DNA of 64,000 nucleotides from an uncultured delta proteobacterium (GTDB lineage Bacteria; Myxococcota_A; Polyangia; Polyangiales; Polyangiaceae): NCBI GenBank assembly GCA_963841435.1, contig CAWJCS010000004.1, positions 608,001 to 672,000 of the forward strand, read 5' to 3'. Shown piece by piece: positions 58,345 to 64,000 of this stretch (position 1 is its first letter; each line of letters starts with the position of its first letter). The notes under the pieces were generated by a model. It saw only the letters and a program-made list of their open reading frames with translations, ran no database searches and was not told where the DNA came from. The position numbers and the translations under genes were made by a program.

Positions 58345-60198
58345 CTACTGAACCGAGAACGTCTTCGAGACGGTGACGGGCTCGCCGGAGAACGCCGGCA
58401 CCCGCGTCCCGCGGAACAAGCGCGCGACGCAGGAGCCCACGGCGGTCCCGGCGAGATCGCCGGTGACGGCGACCGAGGTCGGGCGTCCGCTCGACGCGAA
58501 GGTGATCGACACGCGACCCGTGCCCGTGGCGCCGCCCGGTTCCTTGCAGGATGAGGCGTTGCCCGCCGCCGCGACCAGCGCCGTCTTGGCGGACTGTGCG
58601 TCGAACGGGGTCCCTGCGGCGAAGCTCGCCACGGTGGGCTCCTTCTCCTTTTCCTTTTCCTTCGTTGACGGGCTGCTCGACGTTCCACGTTGAACCGGGG
58701 CAGCGGCCTGGGCGGGGGCCGGCGCCCGGGCGATCGCTGCGGTGCCCGTCGGCGGTGGGGCAGGGAGGGCGGCGTCGCCCGACGCGCTGCCGGCGGCGGA
58801 GGCCTCGGGCGCTGCGGACGCCGAGGCCGTTGCGCTCGCCGTCTCCGGCGGCTCCTCCGCCGTTTCAGCGCTGGCGACGGCCGCAATGGCGCTTGGGGGG
58901 GGCGCCGGCGGCTTCAGGATGCCGAGCTTCTCGAGGGGCCCCTTGGCGAGGCCCGTCGCGAACGCTGCGCCGCCGAGGGCACCGAGCGCCAGCAGGGCAA
59001 CCATGACGAGCCAGGCCCGCGAGCGGCGCGGCGCGGGGGCTTCGTCGAGCCCGGCGTCGAGGGCCGGCGCCGGGGCGAAGCGCGGCGGAGGCGACGTGAT
59101 CGGGGCGTTGAAGTCGGGCGCGGTGAGCGCGGGCGCGAGACCTCCGCCGCCCGGCAGCATGTGGCCCGAGTCCACGAGCAACGATTCGTCGAGGCGCGCG
59201 TTGCGACGCGGCGGTCCCCCCGAGCGCAGCTCCTTTTGCATGAGCGAGTCGAGCGAGAACAGCACGGAATTTTCGTTGCGCGCACCCGTGAGACGCGGCT
59301 CGTCGACGGCGTCGGAGAGCGCATTGGCGACGGCGAGGGCTTCGGCTTCGCTGCCGGCGTGCGCCTGCTGCGCGAAAAGGTCCTGGCCGCGCCGGGCTTC
59401 GGCGCGGTTCGATTGGCGGCGCGCGGGCTCGGCCGCGGGAGCCGCCGCGTCGGCCGGCGGGCGCCGGGATTCCCGCCGGGTCGTGCGCGTGCGCTCGCGC
59501 TTGGGGCGCGCCGATTCACGCCGTGAGACAGCCTGTGCAGCGTGCGGCGACGAGAGTGGCGAGCGCGCGACATGCGTCGGCACCTCGTCGTCTTCCCTGA
59601 CGGGCGACGACGCGGGCCCGGCGAAGCCCTGCGGGTGTCCTTCGGCGATGCGCGAGGAGTCCACGACCTGGGTCTGCTCGTCGTCGTCGAAAAGCGCGGC
59701 GTGCAGCGGGGCGCTGTCGGCGATGCGCGTCGTCTCTTCGTCCTCGCGCGGCTTCGGAGCCGGGGCGGGCGTGGGCCGCGCGTAGCCCATCTTCCTGAAC
59801 GCGGCCGCGATCTCGGGGACGTCCCACGGATTGAGCCAGCCTGGCATGCCTTCGCGCCAGACCAGGCCGTCCTGGCCGAGCTGCCCGGCGCGGTGCCAGC
59901 GCACGATCTGCGCGATGTCGCCCTGCTCCTGGCGGCCGTCCGCGAATGCAACCGTGAACGGCGGATCGGGTGGGCGAGCTGCGGGCTGCGGTCGCGCCGC
60001 TGCGCGGCTCGATCGGTCGCGGCCGCTTGGGGGCCCCGGCGCGACGCTGGTCGAGGGGCTCACCGTCGGAGGGCTGACGTTGCCGTCAACGATCAAAACC
60101 GTGCCGCAACGCTTGCACGTGATTTTGACGCGCTTGCCGATGAGCTTCTCGTCAGCGACGCCGTAGCGCGCGGAGCAGGCGGTACAGGCGATGTTCAT
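58345..60198 (-). CDS. Zinc-ribbon + GYF_2 + TM + TonB-C-like protein (GltJ/AgmX-like)
   Basis: CTACSARY...ITCKRC, LVWREGMPGW, TGARNENSVLFSL, TM, GRVSITFASSG...GTAVGSCV...VPAFSG. Confidence 0.75.
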   Translation of the reverse strand: MNIACTACSARYGVADEKLIGKRVKITCKRCGTVLIVDGNVSPPTVSPSTSVAPGPPSGRDRSSRAAARPQPAARPPDPPFTVAFADGRQEQGDIAQIVRWHRAGQLGQDGLVWREGMPGWLNPWDVPEIAAAFRKMGYARPTPAPAPKPREDEETTRIADSAPLHAALFDDDEQTQVVDSSRIAEGHPQGFAGPASSPVREDDEVPTHVARSPLSSPHAAQAVSRRESARPKRERTRTTRRESRRPPADAAAPAAEPARRQSNRAEARRGQDLFAQQAHAGSEAEALAVANALSDAVDEPRLTGARNENSVLFSLDSLMQKELRSGGPPRRNARLDESLLVDSGHMLPGGGGLAPALTAPDFNAPITSPPPRFAPAPALDAGLDEAPAPRRSRAWLVMVALLALGALGGAAFATGLAKGPLEKLGILKPPAPPPSAIAAVASAETAEEPPETASATASASAAPEASAAGSASGDAALPAPPPTGTAAIARAPAPAQAAAPVQRGTSSSPSTKEKEKEKEPTVASFAAGTPFDAQSAKTALVAAAGNASSCKEPGGATGTGRVSITFASSGRPTSVAVTGDLAGTAVGSCVARLFRGTRVPAFSGEPVTVSKTFSVQ

Positions 60199-60336
60199 GG
60201 CCGAGGCGTCTGGTGAACGTGGAGCCTACCCCAGACGGCCGCCATGCTGCTAGTCTGCCCAACCCGTGAATCCCAGAGACTCCAGGCTGAGGCGCTCGGC
60301 CTCGAGCGGACGCCGCGAGGCAGCCGAGGACGACTG

Positions 60337-62337
60337 ATGGTGGAAAGGGAGACCCCGAACCGACGGGGGTTGAACAGCGTCGGTGACTTCTTGCAGGCGA
60401 GGTACTTCACCGCCGACACGCGCTTCCTGGGGCTGTTCCGGATCGGCTTCGGGTCGCTTTTGACGCTCGACTGCTTGCGGCGCTGGGTGCAGGCGCGCGA
60501 GTTCTACACGAACGACGGGTTTCTGCCCAACCACTTCTCGCTCTTTCGACCGATGGGCGACGGGGTGTTCTCGCTGCTCCACGCCTTCTCTTCGCTCGGT
60601 GAGGTCAGCGTCGTCATGGCGCTGATGATGTGCGTTTTCCTCTGCTACACGTTCGGCTATCGCACGCGCATCGCGCAGGTTCTCGCGTTCATTTCGATCA
60701 CGAGCCTCGACGCACGCAACCTGTTCGTCGAAAACGGCGGTGACGTTCTCGTCAACCTGATCGCCGCGATCACCATGTTTCTGCCGCTCGGTCGGCGGTT
60801 GAGCCTCGATGCCGTGCTGGCGTCGCTCAGAGCCCGTCACGAGACCAGCGTGGAGGCCCTCAACGATCGCGACGAGCCGCCGGCGCCCCCCGTGCAGTTC
60901 GTGTCGTTGATCGTCGCCGCGCTGATCCTGCAGCTCGCCGTCATCTACTTCTTCAACTTCGTGCACAAGAGCGGCGTGGGTTGGAAGAACGGCTCCGTTT
61001 TGCACTGGTTTCTCGAGCAAGATCGCATCGTGACGACGTTCGGCGTGTTCCTTCGCAATCACGTGTCGTTTCCGGTGCTGCGCGTCTTCGGGTACGGAAC
61101 CCTGGTCATCGAGGGCGCGCTGCCCTGGATCCTCCTTTTTCCGTTCTTCCGGACCTACGTCTACCGGGTCGCGCTGCTGCTCGGTGTGGGCTTGCACGGG
61201 GGCATCGCGCTCACGTCGCGCCTCGGGCCGTTCTCGTACGCGATGATGCTGTTCTTCGTGCTGTTTCTCGGCCCCGCGGATTGGGCTTTGCTCGGGCGCT
61301 GGTTCGGCCGCGAGGCGCGCAAGAAGACCGTCATTTTCGACGTGGATTGCGGCTTCTGCCTGCTCACCGTGCGCGTGCTCAAACGGCTCGACCCGTTCCG
61401 GCGGCTCACCTTCGTCGGCAACGATCGCGTGGAGTCGTTCCCGCCGGGCGTCGACCCTGGCGTGACCAACGAGAGCGTCGTCGTCGTCGACGCGCGGGGC
61501 AGGGTGCACGTCGAGGAGCGTGCGGTCTTCGAGGTCCTACGGGCGCTCCCGTGCGGCCTTCTGCTCGCGTTCTGGCTCGTGATTCCGGGGCTGTCCTCGA
61601 TCGGGCGAGCGCTCTATCGCCTGGTGGCAAACCACAGACTCCAGATTTCGGTGTGGCTCGGCCTCGGTGCCTGCGGCGTTGCGCGCCCGGGTGTGCCCGA
61701 GGTCTCGCGGTCTGCGGAGCCGCGCCCCAAGAGCTTCAGAGCGGGCGTCGTCTCTTTTTCGAGCCTGGTCCGCGAATCACTCGCCGCGGCGCTCGTCGTG
61801 ATGCTGAGCGTGCAGGTCGCGAACGACAATCAGTGGTTGCAGCGTCGCATCCGCGTGCATCGACCCGAGTGGATCGTGTCCACGGTCAACACGTTCCGGC
61901 TGCTCGAGGGCTGGGGCATGTTCGCGCCCGAGCCGCCCTACGAGGATGGACACGTCGTGGTCGACGGCCGCACCAAGGACGGTCGCAAGCTCGATCCGTT
62001 TACGGGCAAGGAGCCGGACTTCGATCCGTACACGCCCACGGGCTGGGGGCATCAGCAGTTCTGGTGCGACTACAACAACCGGATCCGCTTCGATTGGCAC
62101 GTGCCGAACCGGCAGCACCTCCGCGAATATCTCAGGCACTGGCACGAGTACAAGGACCGCCCGAAGGACGAGCTCGTCGCGTTCGACGTCTGGTGGGTCC
62201 AGGACAAGTCGCCACCGCCCGGAAAGAAGCGCGGCGAGCCGCTGCCCCCCCAGAAACTACTGAGTTACGGCTACGTGCGCGATTCGGGCGCGCTTCCGTG
62301 GTTGCACCCGACCGCCCCGAGTGGGGGGAGACGATGA
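60337..62337 (+). CDS. HTTM domain + DCC1-like thiol-disulfide domain + C-terminal WGMFAP domain membrane protein
   Basis: LGLFRIGFG, ENGGD, LPLGRRLSLD, IYFFNFVHKSGVGWKNG, LH, LGPFSYAM; FDVDCGFC; LEGWGMFAPEP. Confidence 0.85.
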   Translation: MVERETPNRRGLNSVGDFLQARYFTADTRFLGLFRIGFGSLLTLDCLRRWVQAREFYTNDGFLPNHFSLFRPMGDGVFSLLHAFSSLGEVSVVMALMMCVFLCYTFGYRTRIAQVLAFISITSLDARNLFVENGGDVLVNLIAAITMFLPLGRRLSLDAVLASLRARHETSVEALNDRDEPPAPPVQFVSLIVAALILQLAVIYFFNFVHKSGVGWKNGSVLHWFLEQDRIVTTFGVFLRNHVSFPVLRVFGYGTLVIEGALPWILLFPFFRTYVYRVALLLGVGLHGGIALTSRLGPFSYAMMLFFVLFLGPADWALLGRWFGREARKKTVIFDVDCGFCLLTVRVLKRLDPFRRLTFVGNDRVESFPPGVDPGVTNESVVVVDARGRVHVEERAVFEVLRALPCGLLLAFWLVIPGLSSIGRALYRLVANHRLQISVWLGLGACGVARPGVPEVSRSAEPRPKSFRAGVVSFSSLVRESLAAALVVMLSVQVANDNQWLQRRIRVHRPEWIVSTVNTFRLLEGWGMFAPEPPYEDGHVVVDGRTKDGRKLDPFTGKEPDFDPYTPTGWGHQQFWCDYNNRIRFDWHVPNRQHLREYLRHWHEYKDRPKDELVAFDVWWVQDKSPPPGKKRGEPLPPQKLLSYGYVRDSGALPWLHPTAPSGGRR

Positions 62338-64000
62338 GCGAGCCGAAGAGCGATCCCCCGGGCGGCGGACCGACCGAGCCGGAAGCCGGGACCACCCCTG
62401 AAACCGCGGTCTCCTCGAATGCCAAGGAGACCGGCGAGGTCTCGGCGCAAGCTGGCGCCGAAACGCCGCCAGCGCCCGAGCCCGGGGAGGCGGGTGAGTC
62501 GGCGAAAAAGGCCTCGGACAAACCGCGCGCGAAGAAGCGCCGCCGGAAGAAGGATGCCGCGAACACGAGCTTCTTCGCGTTCGCCAAGCAAACCTATGGA
62601 TTGGCCGACCCGCGCTCGCTCGGGCTGTTCCGCATCGCCCTCGGCATCCTCCTTTTCGTCAACGTCGCGCGACGCTTTCCCGACATCGAGGCGCACTACG
62701 CCAACACGGGGTGGCTCACGAACCACTACATGCTCTTCCGGCCGATGAGCAACTACCTCTTCTCCATCTACCTCGCGTTCAGCACGCCCGGTGAGGTGAA
62801 GACGATGATGTTCATCCACCTCGCGGTGTGCGTCTTGCTCATCGTGGGCTTCAAGACGCGCCTGATGCAGGTGCTCGCCGCCCTGCTCACGGTCAGCATC
62901 GGCAGTCGCAACATCATGCTGGAAAACGGGGGCTGGGTCGTGCTGACCGAGCTCACCATTTGGAGCATGTTTCTACCCCTGGGGCGGCGCTTCAGCCTCG
63001 ACGCTCTGCTCGCTTCACTCAGCGCGCGCCGCGAAACCACCCCCGAGGCCCTCAACGATCGCTCGAGCCCTCCGCGTGACACCACGCCCGTGGTGTCTTT
63101 TGCGGTCGCCGCGCTGATCTTCCAGTGGGTCGTCATCTACTACTTCAACGTGGTCCACAAGACGGGGCCCGAGTGGAAGAACGGCACGGCGGTCTACTAC
63201 TTCTTTCAACAGGATCGCATGGTGACGGCCCTCGGGGCCTGGGTGCGCGACTTCTTGCCGTTCGGCGTGTTCAAGGTGATGACGTACTCGACGCTCGTCA
63301 TCGAGGCGCTCATCGCGCTGCTCTTGGCGTCGCCGTTCCGAACGCCCATCTCGCGCATGGTCGCGTGGGGTCTGAGCGCGACGCTGCACCTCTCGATCGA
63401 CGCCGTGGTGCAGCTCGGACCCTTCTCCTGGGCGATGGTGACCATGTTCTGGGTGCTGATCCCGCGAGAGGCATGGGATTTGGCCGGGTCTCGCCTCGCG
63501 AAGCGCTGGCCCGAGCGGGAGCTCCCGTTCGACGCTGGCAGCGGGTTCTGGCTGTCGTTCTGCCGTTTCGTGAAACGTTTCGACGTGCTCGACCACGTGC
63601 GCTTCGTGCCCGTGACACCGCTCCGACCACCCGAGCCGAGCCCGGAGACCCAAGCCGTGGCAACCGCCGCGGGGACCGCCGGGCCTGGTGAAGGCGACGA
63701 GGAGGAGGCGGAGGACGACGACGACGAACGCGAGGGTGCCGGAACGGCCGCGGCCCAGGGCGCCGAGTCCGCCGCGCCCGGTCAGGACGAGCTCGGACGG
63801 ATGATCACCGAGACGCTCGTGGTCGTCGATCCTCGGAGCGGCCGCCGCTACCGTGGTCGCACCGCGCTTCTGCGGTTGGGAGACGCGGTGCCGTTCGGCC
63901 GGTTGCTACTCTTGCCCGCTCGACTGCCGGGAGTGTCGGGATGGGTCGAAGGGCGGCTCGCGCGTGCCGCCCGGAACAGCAAGAAGTACGACGCGTACTT
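62334..64000 (+). CDS. Second HTTM-DCC1-like paralog, truncated by the window end (not in ORF track)
   Basis: ATGA overlap; manual translation open to 64000: DPRSLGLFRIALG, ENGG, LPLGRRFSLD, IYYFNVVHKTGPEWKNG, LGPFSWAM, FDAGSGFW. Confidence 0.85.
   Translation, partial: MSEPKSDPPGGGPTEPEAGTTPETAVSSNAKETGEVSAQAGAETPPAPEPGEAGESAKKASDKPRAKKRRRKKDAANTSFFAFAKQTYGLADPRSLGLFRIALGILLFVNVARRFPDIEAHYANTGWLTNHYMLFRPMSNYLFSIYLAFSTPGEVKTMMFIHLAVCVLLIVGFKTRLMQVLAALLTVSIGSRNIMLENGGWVVLTELTIWSMFLPLGRRFSLDALLASLSARRETTPEALNDRSSPPRDTTPVVSFAVAALIFQWVVIYYFNVVHKTGPEWKNGTAVYYFFQQDRMVTALGAWVRDFLPFGVFKVMTYSTLVIEALIALLLASPFRTPISRMVAWGLSATLHLSIDAVVQLGPFSWAMVTMFWVLIPREAWDLAGSRLAKRWPERELPFDAGSGFWLSFCRFVKRFDVLDHVRFVPVTPLRPPEPSPETQAVATAAGTAGPGEGDEEEAEDDDDEREGAGTAAAQGAESAAPGQDELGRMITETLVVVDPRSGRRYRGRTALLRLGDAVPFGRLLLLPARLPGVSGWVEGRLARAARNSKKYDAY

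Overview
High-GC (roughly 70% by eye) bacterial chromosomal segment. Gene content and motifs (tgl-like pilotin, GltJ/AgmX-like protein, MYXO-CTERM tail, Gly-rich lipoproteins, Cys-rich repeats) point to Myxococcota, probably Polyangiaceae/Sorangium-like. About 60 CDSs and two tRNAs (Val-CAC, Pro-GGG). Housekeeping genes (xerC, engB, murJ, recO, tsaB, msrA, ahcY, pheA, gltA) are interleaved with envelope/surface genes. No CRISPR array, prophage or IS element is visible. Main points of interest: (1) a coupled tandem pair of HTTM-DCC1 membrane proteins, one with an intact DxxCxxC and a SdpA-like tail, the other with the Cys motif lost and an acidic insert (the second gene is missing from the ORF track); (2) a three-gene ECF cassette (putative outer-membrane barrel, sigma, TM/TPR anti-sigma) that looks like TonB-independent trans-envelope signalling; (3) a methyltransferase resembling fungal sphingolipid C9-methyltransferases; (4) an orphan T3SS inner-rod-like gene; (5) an ~84-residue Asp/Glu tract on a sulfatase-fold membrane protein; (6) many apparently leaderless promoters; (7) three frameshifts sharing one GAC->GAAC signature, probably a systematic sequencing error. 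Family calls come from motif recognition by eye, not database searches.
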